Part shown: positions 41,740-53,487 of the stretch, piece after piece
Numbering within the stretch: the first letter of the stretch is position 1
How the letters are laid out: the number at the start of each line of letters is the position of its first letter
Origin: Lytechinus pictus
Taxonomy: Eukaryota
NCBI RefSeq assembly: GCF_037042905.1
Contig: NC_087252.1
Location: 12,340,001 to 12,404,000, forward strand
DNA length: 64,000 bases
Direction: 5' to 3'
The notes under the pieces: model-generated
Told to the model about the DNA's origin: nothing
Databases searched by the model: none
What the model saw: only the letters and a program-made list of their open reading frames with translations
Translations under genes and position numbers: made by a program

Positions 41740-44700
41740 GTAATGATGATGATGATGATAATGATGATGAGGAGGAGGATGATGATGATGGTAATGATGA
41801 TGATGATGATAATGATAATGATGATGATGATGGTAATGATGATAGTGTGGTGATGATGGTGATGACGATGATAATGATGATGATGATGAGGAGGAGGATG
41901 AGGATGATGATGATGGTAATGATGATGGATGATGATGATGGTAATGATGATAGTGTGGTAATGATGATGATGATGATAATGATAATGATGAAGGATGATG
42001 ATGATGAGGAGGAGGATGATGATGATGATAGTGTGGTGATGATGGTGATGATAAGGAGGAGGGTGATGGTGATAATGCTGATTTTTAAGATGATGGTGGT
42101 GATAATGATGCCGATGATGATGGCAATGATGATGATGATAACGATGATGGTGATGCTAGCGATGGTAACGATGAAACAAATATTAATTTTCCCTTACAAC
42201 TGTTATACAGTACACTATGAATATTGTTGCATCTGATTGGCTCAGAACATCTTGAGTCAGTAAAAAAAACTAATTGTTTGCTTCATGAAATCCTCCCCAG
42301 GTCTTCCGAAAGAGACCAGGATGCTCCACCGGGAAGGAGAGGAGAACAACCGCGTACCCACCCATCCTCCCTACAACTTTGCCACCGGCATCTTCTTCCT
42401 GACCCAGCGATGTCTTCAGCTCGGTTTCCAAACCTTGGTGGAACTCTTCTACAATGTCAACCGTGAGCTTCATCATGTCCAGCAAGCCTTCCAGGAGATG
42501 GTCCAGCAGATGGGTGGTCCCAGGGCTGGTCCCGTCATGTCACAGCTCCATGAGAAGATGGATAAAGGTAGGAATCACTTTCACAGTCTTTGATATGCTG
42601 CAGTCACACCAATGAAACCGACTCCAAATTGAAAGATGTTTGGTATGTTATTGGTTATAGAATAAAAGCTCTTGATGGTCTTGCATAAGACTATTGTTTT
42701 ATATGATTGAGCTTGTGTTTTTCTAAGATTGCCTCTCCATTCTTTGTCATTGCGCATTGCTCTATAAGATACTGTATAGTATGATCAAGCTGATGTTTTT
42801 CAAGTTTGTATCTCCTTTATTTTACAGCCATGACATTATTCCTTAGCATCAAGACATCACTCCTAGAGCCTCAATTTCTTGAGATGGCATTCAACCTCCA
42901 CATAGCAACGGCTCGCATCGTCACCCAGTATGCTACGTCAGATGATGTGACAGTTCTGACCACACCCAACCTGCCTCTCCAGGGGGAACCCCCTTCGCAT
43001 CTTGTCACCGTCCCAGAGTGCCTGGCAGAGAACCTTGTCACGTACCTGCAGTTCTTGAGGAGGTTTGCTGAGGCAAAGTTCGAAGATGGAGGTGAGATGG
43101 TGATGATGATGATGATGTGATGATGATGATGATGATGATGATGGTGATGATGATGGTGATGATGGTGATGGTGATGATGACTATAATGATGATTGTGATG
43201 GTGATGATGGTGATGGTGATGATGATGATGATGATGATGTTGATGATGATATTGATGGTGATGATGACTATAATGATGGTTGTGATGGTGATGATGATGA
43301 TGACGATATTGATCTTGATGATGACAATGATGATGATTGTGATGGTGATGATGATGATGATTATAATGATGATGTAAAAACATCAAATTTGAAATCAATT
43401 TACTTTTTTTAGAAAAGGAAGATAGTGTGACTAGACATAGAACATGAACAAATGTTGACCAAACGGAAGGGGTAAAAATACAGTAAGACATGGGGGATGC
43501 ATTTTGAAAGATGATTAAATTTGAAGAAAAATAATTTAATTTAAAGGGTTTATAAAAGTGAAAAAGTAAAAAAAACTCACATGAAGCAGGTGGGACTCCA
43601 AAGATGAATGAGCAGACAAATTAGATGCATAGCTCGAGTAGGGGATCACCTAACATACCACTTCACAATTCAACCAAAAACAAATGAAATTGGTGAGCCA
43701 AATAATGAAGATATAGCACTGGATTTTCAATTCAGATTTACAAGAAAACCTGTCTAATATTTTGATATTTGCAGGTGACGCATTGAAGCATGTGATGACA
43801 TTTGTGATCATCTTCATGGGCAACAAGAGTCACATTACCAACCCTCATCTGAGAGCTAAGCTTGCTGAGATCTTAGAAGGTCTGATGCCCGAAGAGAAGT
43901 CTGGAAGCAGAGGCATCGTAGTTCCTATGTAAGTCAAGTAAAATAATGAAGTTCTTTTGTTGGTCTTTAGTCTTGAGAGGATGGAAGGGGGATCAAAAGT
44001 TTTTACTAGTAATATATAAAATCACATTACAAACTCTCATCTGAGAGCTAAGCTTGCTGAGATCTTAAAAGGTCTGATGCCCGAAAAGAAGTCTGGAAGC
44101 AGAGGCATCGTAGTTTCTATGTTAGTAAAGTAATAATGAAGTTCTCTTGTTGGTCTGTGGTTTTGAGAGGGTGGAAGGGGGATCATAATGTTTTACTAGT
44201 AATAGATAAAATCACATTACAAACTCTCATCTGAGAGCTAAGCTTGCTGAGATCTTAGAAGGTCTGATGCCCGAAGAGAAGTCTGGAAGCAGAGGCATCG
44301 TAGTTTCTATGTTAGTAAAGTAATAATGAAGTTCCTTTGTTGGTCTGTGGTTTTGAGAGGGTGGAAGGGGGATCATAATGTTTTACTAGTAATAGATAAA
44401 ATCACATTACAAACCCTCATCTTAGATTTATGCTTGCTGAGTTTTTGGAGGTCTGGAGCCAGAGGTGCATTCTGGAAGCAAAGAAATTGTAGTTCTAATG
44501 TATAGTTATATATTGTAGGGCTTTTGTTGGTCTGTATTCTCAGTACTGTGAAATGATGGCCGGGGGGGGGGGGGGGGGGGGGTGGCAGTATGGGCGGACT
44601 GTGAGGAATGTCTCTATACACTCTAGAACAAAGATAAATTCACTCCTGTAATGTTTTCTGCCTGTAACCTTTAATTTTTATAATTATTCAATGGTATCTT

Positions 44701-47700
44701 TGCAGTTTCCACCGTCAGAAAGCCTTCAATGAGCATCCGCTTGGAGAACAAATATCCCGTTCTCTGATCAGTATCTTTGTGGATATTGAGTTTACCGGTG
44801 ATCCTCATCAGTTTGAGCAGAAGTTCAACTACCGTCGGCCGATGTACAAGGTTCTGAAGTACCTCTGGGGGATGCCGCAGCACAGGAATCAAATAAAGGT
44901 AGAATTCGAGTAACATGCTGACATGGTACTGGTAGTATTTATTCAGATTTTGAATCCGGTTCGGTCCTCGACTACCAGGGTGGCCATATTCACCTTGCAC
45001 TCACAGATCTCACCCTCACTCCCACCATCCACATTACTATTTGATGTGTCCTCCTCCTACAGCCCAAACCACCTACTCTCCTCCGCCACTTGCTTCTTCC
45101 ATGTCTTATTCAGTCGCCCCCTTCACCTCGGGTTTCGGATATGAATTACCATTGCAGTAACAAGTTTTAAATCTATTTATGCAAATTGATTTTAAGCTAA
45201 GTATCCGTATTTGCAGCAAGCAGTAATCTTATAAGAAAGTCTTTAAAAATCAAGGTTAATTGTCATCATAGTTTGAGCAAAGTTTAGCTACCAAATTATG
45301 TTTGGGGAAGCCTTAGCACAGGAATCAAATAGAGGTTAAATGCAAATAACCAAAATATCCAAAACCCTCTTAAAATCATCAACCGATTAGATAGTTCATT
45401 AAGTTCATCAAGATACATGTACACATGTGTTCTGGTCCCCGCAACACAAAGCTAAGTGATTAATCACTGATTTAAAAGGACAAATCTGATTGGTTCCCAA
45501 TCAGTCTACTGAGCAAAACGCGCATGCAACGACGATATTGATAGGCCATTTCATTTAGCGATTGATGGCTAACCTTTGTGTTACGGGTCATAGGTCATGA
45601 AGTGGAATCGTGAATTATTATTCTTTGATTTCTTTCAGTTGGTTGCTCATGAAGCAATGTCCCATATGGAAGATGCCAACGCTCCCCTCTTCCTGAAGTT
45701 CATCAACCATCTCATCAACGATTCCATCTTCCTCCTTGATGAAGCCTTAGATGTAAGTCAAATCAACTTGACTGATATCAGAAAAACTCCATCAATCGGA
45801 GCGTGAGAACGTAGTGGTCCATATTCCAAACTCTGTACTAAGATTATGGAAAGCCAAAAATGTTTAAAATATGTTTCATTTGTTTACTGTGTTCTTTTCA
45901 CATGCTTTTATGCTGGAGAAAATTATCAAATCTTAGCTCCCAACCCCTACCTAAACATTTTTAGATGAATCTATAAAGTGAAAAGCGTATGATTATGTTG
46001 TGTGTGATGTACATGGTGATTTATTTGCCATTTGACTATGTAGGGTTAGAGGTGGGAATTCTATCTAACTGCATTACCTTAATCCAATGTATTGAATTCT
46101 GTTCATTGTCCCTGTCAACAGGGAAATCAAAACTTATGCAAGAACACACACAAGCTTCCAAGTACTAAAAAAACACCATGAAGAATGGCAACTGCATTCC
46201 AGTTTGAGGGATGGCTACCAAACTTCCCCATAGACGTGCATAAATTTGGTTAAAGTGATCACTTCACTTTGTTCTGATTTAAAAAATTATCATTTTGGTT
46301 CTTGAAAATGGGCTTAACATTAGGCTTATAGTGTAAAAATACCATCCCAAAAGTTTCAAAGTATTATATCCACAGGATCAATTTTAAAACCTTATAGATG
46401 TAAACCAAAGTTTGAAAATAATTGGGAGTTGGTTTCAATGACTATGTGTATACATTGAACCTGTGCACCACAACACACGAACTCTAGATGAACACAGCAT
46501 GGCCTACATACAGTGTGTACTAGGTATACACTGAATGTTCAGTGCAGCTAATAGCGTGTGTGTGTGTAAATAGTAGATACACACAACAGAAGGCAGTCAA
46601 AATAGCCAACAGACTTTTTGAATTGGAGTAAACTGGTCATAAGCTTAACCTGTCTACTAGACGGTTCTCATAATCAAGCTAATAAATTGCTACTTGTATC
46701 TAAATTAGAGTTTTTCATTCTATATTGTGGTTTGTTTCAGGGTTTTTGAGGACAAATTCATGCACTCATACACATGTTTTGTCTCAGTTTGAGAATTTTT
46801 TAAATCAGCTGCTCACAAAGTTAAACGATCCCTTTAAGATCATGTGTTTGACATTTTTCTTTGTTTAGTAAATTTTTATATAATAATTTTGTTTCCGTAT
46901 TTTTTGATTAATTTATTGAAGTGCATAGATACATGCAAAGAGGCATTTTAAGTTGAGTTACAAATGATACATTTCCATAAGTTTGATCATCAATTTGTTG
47001 CTGTTATCGTTGTAGTATGTGAAGAAAATCAAGGTTCTCCAAGAGCAGCGAGAAGGAGGGGAATGGATGCAGCTACCACCGACAGAAAGAAGACAACAAG
47101 AAGACTCGTTGAGACAAACATGTGCCATTGCCAGGTTCTATAACATCATGTCAAATGAGACAATGAGTACTCTTGTCTACATCACAAGTGGTGAGTGCGT
47201 TCAAAAATGAGATAATAGTATGCCATCATTAAGTGTTCATCTATACCACAAATGATGAATGCATTTTATGGAAATTCTTCGAGACAAGAATATGACATCA
47301 TTAAGTTTTCATCTATACCACAAATGGTGAATGCATTAAATGGAGATTCTTTGAGACAAGAATATGACATTATTAAGTTTTCATCTATGACACAAACAAC
47401 AGTGAATGCGTTGAAAGTGGTATTCTTTGATATAAACATGTCCCATTGTTGATTTCTTGTCTATCCCAGAGACAGCCAGTGCATTCAAAAGTGAGATTCT
47501 ATTAGAAAAATATATGCCATCAAAATATGTAGTGAATGCATTCAAAAAATTCTTAAAGACAAACCTACTAGTATGCAATTATTAGGTTGTTGTCTATCCT
47601 GCAATTGGTAGGTGCCTTCAAACATGGGATTTACTAAAAGTGTGCATCCAAAAGTTAGATTCTTTGAGGTAAATATTTCTCACCACTAGGTTAAATTGTA

Positions 47701-50700
47701 AAATGAGACTGATATTTAAGGTTGAAAAATATTGATTTGCATAACACACGCTTTGTAAATACAGTCATAATTGAAAGTGTTTATTTATATTTATTTTTTT
47801 TATAGAGATCACAGACATCTTTATCCATCCAGTCATGGTCAACAGAGTGGCAATGATGTTTAACAACTTCCTACACAAACTGGTAAGATTCTATGAACCC
47901 TATGGAAGATCCATTTTGTATCAACTTATTCTGCCATCATTGTAGACGATGTGAGGAGATATCATGGTTTGAAAGTAGTCTGCAGGCACAGACCCTGATT
48001 GAAACTTTGATCAACAAGTGTGTCTCCACGCAAAGACTAGCACCTACAAAACTTGCTGTTTTGAGAGGGCCTTCACAGTACAAGGCATGAGGAGGCTGCA
48101 CATTCAGACACTTTACTCGAGTGAAGGGTTTGCATGGCAGACTAGTTTGAAAAGCACAAATTAAGAATATTTGGTGAATGAGAAAGAGGGAGTCTTATGA
48201 CGAGTGTGAAATGGACAGGCCCCATTTTGAAAAGGGAAGATGATTAACTTGTAAAAAGAGATAGTCCAAAGATGTTATGAAGACATGGGGTAAAGAAGGA
48301 AAGGGGTGTCTATTTTATGTTATCGTACTCTTCATGTTCCATTTTTTCTCTCTCACATCTTAAGGTTGGTCCCAACAAGATAGCCCTGAAGGTGCATGAC
48401 TTTGAGGAGATCGAGTTCAACCCTAAACAGCTGGTCAGGGACATATGCCGTCTGTACATAAACCTGGGAAAAGAGGTGAGGTTCTGCAGGGCTACGGCCG
48501 AGGACGAGGTCAACTATACACCCATGCTGTTTATCAGGGCAGAGAAGGTCCTGGATAAGATCTGTATGGACAGGGAAATGATCGACGAGATGAAGCAGTT
48601 TGCTGAGCAAGTCAAGGTGAGATAGGAACATATATTGACCGTCTAGAGAGTCACTATAACATTTGAGTTGAACTATAAAAAGGTGTTGGATAAGATCTAT
48701 ATGGACAGGGAAATGATTGATGAGATGAAACAGTTTGCTGAGCAAGTCAAGGTGAGAAAGGAACATATATTGACTCCTTAGAGGGTTAATATAACATTTG
48801 AGTTCCTCAAAGGGTTATATTTGAAGTAGTTTGCTGAGCAAGTCTAGATGAGGTAGTAAAAATATATTGACTATGTAGATTGTCCATATAATATTTGAGT
48901 TGAGCTATACACCCATGCTGTTCATCAGGGCAGAGAAGGTCCTTGATAAGATCTGTATGGATAGGGAAATGATCGATGAGATGAAGCAGTTTGCTGAGCA
49001 AGTCAAGGTGAGAAAGTATTCAGATATCGACTGCTTAGAGGGTCAATATAACATTTGAGTTGAACTATACACCCATGCTATTCATCAGGGCAGAGAAGGT
49101 GTTGGATAAGATCTGTATGGACAGGGAAATGATCGATGAGATGAAGCAGTTTGCTGAGCAAGTCAAGGTGAGAAAGTATTCAGATATCGACTGCTTAGAG
49201 GGTCAATATAACATTTAAGTTGAACTATACACCCATGCTATTCATCGGGGCAGAGAAGGTCCTTGATAAGATCTGTATGGATAGGGAAATGATCGATGAG
49301 ATGAAGCAGTTTGCTGAGCAAGTCAAGGTGAGATAGGATAAAGATATCGACTGCCTAGAGGGTCAATATAACATTTTGAGGGTTGAGGTAAGCTTTACAA
49401 TCATGCTGTTCATCAGGGCAGAGAAAGTCCTGGATAAGATTTCTATGGTCAGGGAAATGATCGATGAGATGAAACAGTTTGCTGAGCAGGTCAAGTTGAA
49501 AATAGTAATCGGATATTGACTGCTGAGAGGGTCAATATTACATTTGAGTTCCTCAAAGGGCTATATTTGAAGCAGTTTCCTATTAAAGCATGTTTAGGTG
49601 AGATAATTTACATATATTGACTGTGGCAATATAACAGTCGAGTTCCTCAGCAGGTTATACATGTATTTGAAGCAGTTCGCTAAGCATGTTCCTTTAATAC
49701 CTTTTTTGTTGCACAGTCTCTGAGTGAGACAAATGTGATGGAACAGGAAATGTATGCTGATGCTCCAGATGAGTTCACTGACCCCTTGACCTTTACCCTC
49801 ATGGAAGACCCTGTGACCTTACCGACCTCTGGCATGAACATCGATCGATCCACGATAGCAAGGCATTTACTCAGGTAAGTCACAATATGAGCATTTAATA
49901 AAACAATCATTTAATTTCATTATATTGTTCTTAGTCAATCATATTCAATGAGCTCAGGAGCTTATAACAAGAATTCTGTCAAAATCACTTAATATTTGTT
50001 AATGAAATGATCCCCATGTCATTGATAGATCCAACATATCACTTTTTAATTCTTTATAAAATGTATTGTAAGAATATGCACTAAGGACTAGACTAGGAGG
50101 AAGTGATCCTTTTTGCAATTTTCGAAATTGGACCTGGTGTGAGTTTCATAAAGATGTTTGTAAAGTTACGCCTAACTTAATACACAACTAGAACTTGTTC
50201 TGAGGTGCTAAGTCAGCTACATGAACATAGGGATCATTCACACGTAGCACACAAAATGGTCACCAGTTGTGTGTTAAGTCATTAGTAACTTTCGAACAGC
50301 TTTATGAAGCGCTGCCTGAATCTTGACTTTTAAGACTTATCTTTTCTCACTCCCTCTCTCTTTCTGATAGTTTCTATCTCGCCCCATCAGCTTTACTATT
50401 TTAAAGGGATGCTCTGGGCTGAAATTGTTTATATCTAAATAATAGAGTAAAATTTAGGGCAAATTGCTGAAAATTTCTTCGAAAGTGTACAACAAATAAC
50501 AAAGTTATTGAATTTAAAAGTTAAGCAATATTTTTTTTGAACAGTTATATGCACGTCTTTATGGATATTCATTAGATTGGCTGATGATATCACATTCCCA
50601 CTTTCCTTTTTCTTATGTTACTACATGAAATCATAATTGTTTCATTTTTTCATGTGTGAATGATATGTCTCCATTATAGTGAAGTTATTTGCAGCAATGA

Positions 50701-51201
50701 AAATCTCGTGCACTTAATCAGTTGTCAATCCATTTTTTATGTACTTGGTAAAAAAAACATTTGAATAAACCTCATTTCATATAATAAAATCCAAAAAAAA
50801 AGTGGGGATATGACATCATCAGGTTGTTCATTGAATATTCATGAAGACATGCCGAGAACAATTTCTCCGGAATAATGCAAATCTTTAAGATGCCATAGCT
50901 TTGTTATTGTCTGATTTTGATGAAAATCTCACACTACGTTGTTTGTCTGATTTTTGTTTATCTGTTCAAAACATATTATTTTCAGCCTGGAGTATCCCTG
51001 TAAGGTGTGGGTATGTTTTCCTTTTTTATGTTTCACAAATATTAATACATATTTATCTTCACCATTTTTTTTTTTTTTCCCAGTGATCAAACCGACCCAT
51101 TCAACAGGGCACCATTGACTATGGAAGAAGTACAGTCAAATCCACAACTCAAAGCTGAGATAGAGGCATGGAAACAAGAACAAAAAGATAAGATAAAATA
51201 A
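30556..51201 (+). CDS. UBE4A: Ubiquitin conjugation factor E4 A (Ufd2 core + C-terminal U-box), 19 coding exons, 1039 aa
   Basis: Manually spliced exons: 30556-30627, 31273-31384, 32459-32580, 34004-34171, 34591-34738, 35375-35577, 36947-37129, 38102-38219, 39471-39692, 42301-42567, 42828-43091, 43775-43928, 44706-44898, 45639-45752, 47016-47190, 47806-47882, 48365-48616, 49717-49874, 51084-51201 (3120 nt, GT-AG, phases consistent). Motifs recalled from vertebrate UBE4[73 protein letters not shown]-box DEFTDP...[24 protein letters not shown]. Confidence 0.96.
31975..32250 (-). mobile_element. tRNA-derived SINE
   Basis: On - strand, A box TGGCTCAGTGG and B box GGTTCAAACCC, central ccaggtg..aatgggtacc core, (TTA)n tail. 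Confidence 0.7.
33222..33469. mobile_element. Palindromic MITE
   Basis: ctggggg.tgtttcacaaagatttaag ... cttaaatctttgtgaaacacccccag. Confidence 0.75.
33716..33975 (+). mobile_element. tRNA-derived SINE (older relative at ~33510-33710)
   Basis: TGGCTCAGTTGGTAGAGCG A box, GGTTGAAACCC B box, followed by a non-tRNA body and A/T tail. Confidence 0.75.
36675..36946 (+). repeat. Two degenerate tandem copies of UBE4A exon-7 acceptor + 5' exon half
   Basis: ag|gtcctcatgaatttcataacaccatc at 36701 and ag|gtccttatggatttcgtaacaccatc near 36838, versus real ag|gtcctaatggatttcataacaccatc at 36947. Confidence 0.9.
38252..38530 (+). mobile_element. tRNA-derived SINE, related to the 31975-32250 copy
   Basis: gtggtctagt A-box-like, ttcgaatc B-box-like, actcgacccaggtg core, ttatt tail. 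Confidence 0.65.
39791..41648. mobile_element. hAT-type non-autonomous transposon, 1.86 kb, inserted in a (GAT)n tract
   Basis: 8-bp TSD gatggtgg, imperfect TIR tattgctgca / tacagcacta, subterminal gttcg repeats at both ends. Confidence 0.75.
41650..42175. repeat. (GAT)n microsatellite (also 39700-39790 and 43096-43375)
   Basis: Direct reading. Source of the poly-Met and poly-His ORFs. Confidence 0.95.
43829..44540 (+). repeat. ~190-bp tandem array seeded on UBE4A exon-12 3' half + donor (4 units)
   Basis: tcacattac.aac.ctcatctgagagctaagcttgctgag at 43830, 44022, 44212 and a diverged copy at 44402. Confidence 0.92.
47172..47670 (+). repeat. ~70-bp minisatellite starting at UBE4A exon-15 donor
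   Basis: gtctacatcacaagtg|gtgagtgcgttca is echoed as atctataccacaaatggtgaatgcatta in successive, increasingly diverged units. Confidence 0.75.
48505..49690 (+). repeat. 160-bp tandem array seeded on UBE4A exon-17 3' half + donor
   Basis: acccatgct.ttcatc.gggcagagaaggt at 48911, 49071, 49231 (period 160), plus diverged or partial units near 48670, 48830, 49395, 49570. Confidence 0.95.
50405..50999. mobile_element. Kolobok/T2-type MITE
   Basis: TTAA-agggatgctctgggctgaaa ... tttcagcctggagtatccct-gtaa. Confidence 0.7.
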
Positions 51202-52044
51202 CATTAACAAAGCCACCACCACCTCTTCTCTACATTTTGCATACAAATGTTCTTTTGCTGGGTCTGTGTAATGCTGACCATCAGTTTATTTGTTTCACGA
51301 GGAATTTGCCACAAACATCCATTATCATGAGTGGATTGTGGGTCAAATACTTGTTCCTAAGACATTCAAAATGGCATGACCCACAAATGAAAGTTGAATA
51401 ATTTTGACATTTCTAGCATCCAACAATTTTAGCCTAGATAATGGTTTAAGTGAAACCAAGTACCAAATAATTGTTTATTAGTGTATAATGAATTTGGATT
51501 AAGTTTTCGGAAGATTATTTGATCTCGTGAATAGTAAAGGAGGATTTTGAAAACCTAGCATTCCATATTACTGAAAAAAATTAATGCTGAATCTTATCAG
51601 CAAACTGATTAATTATTGTTCACCTTCTCTCTGCTTTTTATTTTATTTCAATCATATTATGACTACCTACATGTACATGTTGCTGATTTTTTTTTTGTAA
51701 ACTTTAACACTATCAAAAAGTTTGCAACAGTATTTTTATTTTCCTTTTTGCTTTTGAAAAAAAAATTCCCTCAAAATATCATGTTGAATTCTTAGTTATA
51801 ATTTATATCTTGAAAGGTTAACAACTTTTTGATTGATAGCATGTTGGCACAGGCCATTCAGCAGGTATCAAATTTTGTTTGGAATATTTCCATTGTGTAT
51901 CTAAATGTTTTTATGTGATTGGATAATTTGATGAAGATTCATGTACTCATGCTGCTTTATTTGATGAATATTTATGCTGCTTTTGTTTTCAGTGAATGTT
52001 CATGCTTTTTTTTATTCTACATGTATATACATGTAATTGGCTCT

Positions 52045-52448
52045 TATAGAGTACAGAAGTGTGACATCAATTTTCACTTTTTGTATTTCAGCATATTTGA
52101 TACCATATTTTGGTAGAGCATGATGAAAAACACCCACAACCCAAATTTGGTGGGAATCGGTCCATGGGGGCCTTACATGTAGATATGACCTCATGAATAC
52201 ATAATTAGCCCCATTGAAGTCAATGTATTATTGGCTTGGTTCGTACCTTTTAAAACCAAGCCAATAATACATTGACTTCAATGGGGCTAATTATGTATTC
52301 ATGAGGACATATCTAAGGCCCCCATGGACCGATTCCCACCAAATTTGGGTTGTGGGGGGTTTTCATCATGCTCTACCATAATTTTTAATAAAAAATGCTG
52401 AAATGCAAACAAAAAATTTTTGTGACGTCATCGCTTTGGTACTCTATA
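52045..52448. mobile_element. ~400-bp foldback MITE
   Basis: Arms tatagagtac... / ...gtactctata, near-perfect inner stem centred near 52247. Confidence 0.85.
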
Positions 52449-53289
52449 TTCTCTTATAAACTTGACCCAATGCATATTAGATTGAGTAGTTTGTATATGT
52501 ATCTGCACTCCAATTTTTCTAAACGTATTTCAGGGCCCTGTAACATAAAGCCTATCAATTGATCATGGGACTGTTTTATACGATTGATTGCATTGATTAT
52601 TGTATATGATCAGTCGTAAAAATCAGCCTTGCAATCTATCACTAAGCTTTAAATGATATGCCCCAAAGCAAAGGGACTTGGAAATCCATATTTTTTTCTT
52701 CTTCTTCATTTGTTATCGTTAGTGGTCAAGGAATATGCATTTAAATGTTTGTATGCATCAGGGTAAACTTATTATTCACTCCAATCCTTTTCAAATTTTG
52801 AATTGTTAACTCCTTGATGTAGGTATAAGAGATACATGGTAATTGTTCATTACAGGTCTTGTACGGAAGCCCTAGGTCTAGGTGTGTACATTCATTATAC
52901 CATTATCTTCAAGAGTTTAAATTGATACTCTTTTTTTTCATTATGCATTTTCCCATTACACTTTGGCTTAGCTACATTGGTTTAGAAGTGAAAACTTAAG
53001 GAATTTGTTATATTTGGCAGTACTATATCTTTGTAGATATTCCAATACATATATTTTGGTTTTTGAGTATTTATACTTGTAAAGTAAGATTTGATTGTAT
53101 GAAAAGGGTATCTCATATAGGTTAAGTGGAATTTTAGGCAGGCTTGCCTAGGTTTCCCTTTGTGATTAGTATTTTAAATATGTCAATATATGGATCAGTG
53201 ATCTGATTGGTTTATATCAACTTTGTCTAATACCAATTCAGTACAATTCTTGTTTCATCTAATGTTTTTTTTGTCTTCAAAATTCATTT

Positions 53290-53487
53290 CAGGGGCGGAT
53301 CCAGGATTTTCCAAAAGGGGAAGGGCACATTTTCCCTATTAAAATTTGACAAGGAAAAAAGGTCCTCGCTTTCAAAGAGGGGGGGGGGCACACTTTGGTA
53401 AAAATGGCATATTTACATTTAAATTTATTACGCTCTCAGGGGGGGGCAGGGGCCGGATGTGCCCCCCCCCCCCCCAGATCGCCACTG
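53290..53487. mobile_element. hAT-type MITE
   Basis: TIR caggggcggatc / gatcgccactg, 8-bp TSD attcattt. Confidence 0.8.

Noticed and set aside
41650..43491. Poly-Met and poly-His ORFs (also 39700, 55709-56041)
   Set aside because: Translations of (GAT)n/(CAT)n microsatellites in introns or intergenic DNA
48353..49001. Antisense ORFs over exon 17 and its copies
   Set aside because: Shadow frames of coding sequence and its tandem duplicates
48505..49690. Regularly spaced repeats suggestive of a CRISPR array (also 17800-18780, 27060-27530)
   Set aside because: Eukaryotic context, the 'spacers' are themselves repeated, and there are no cas genes
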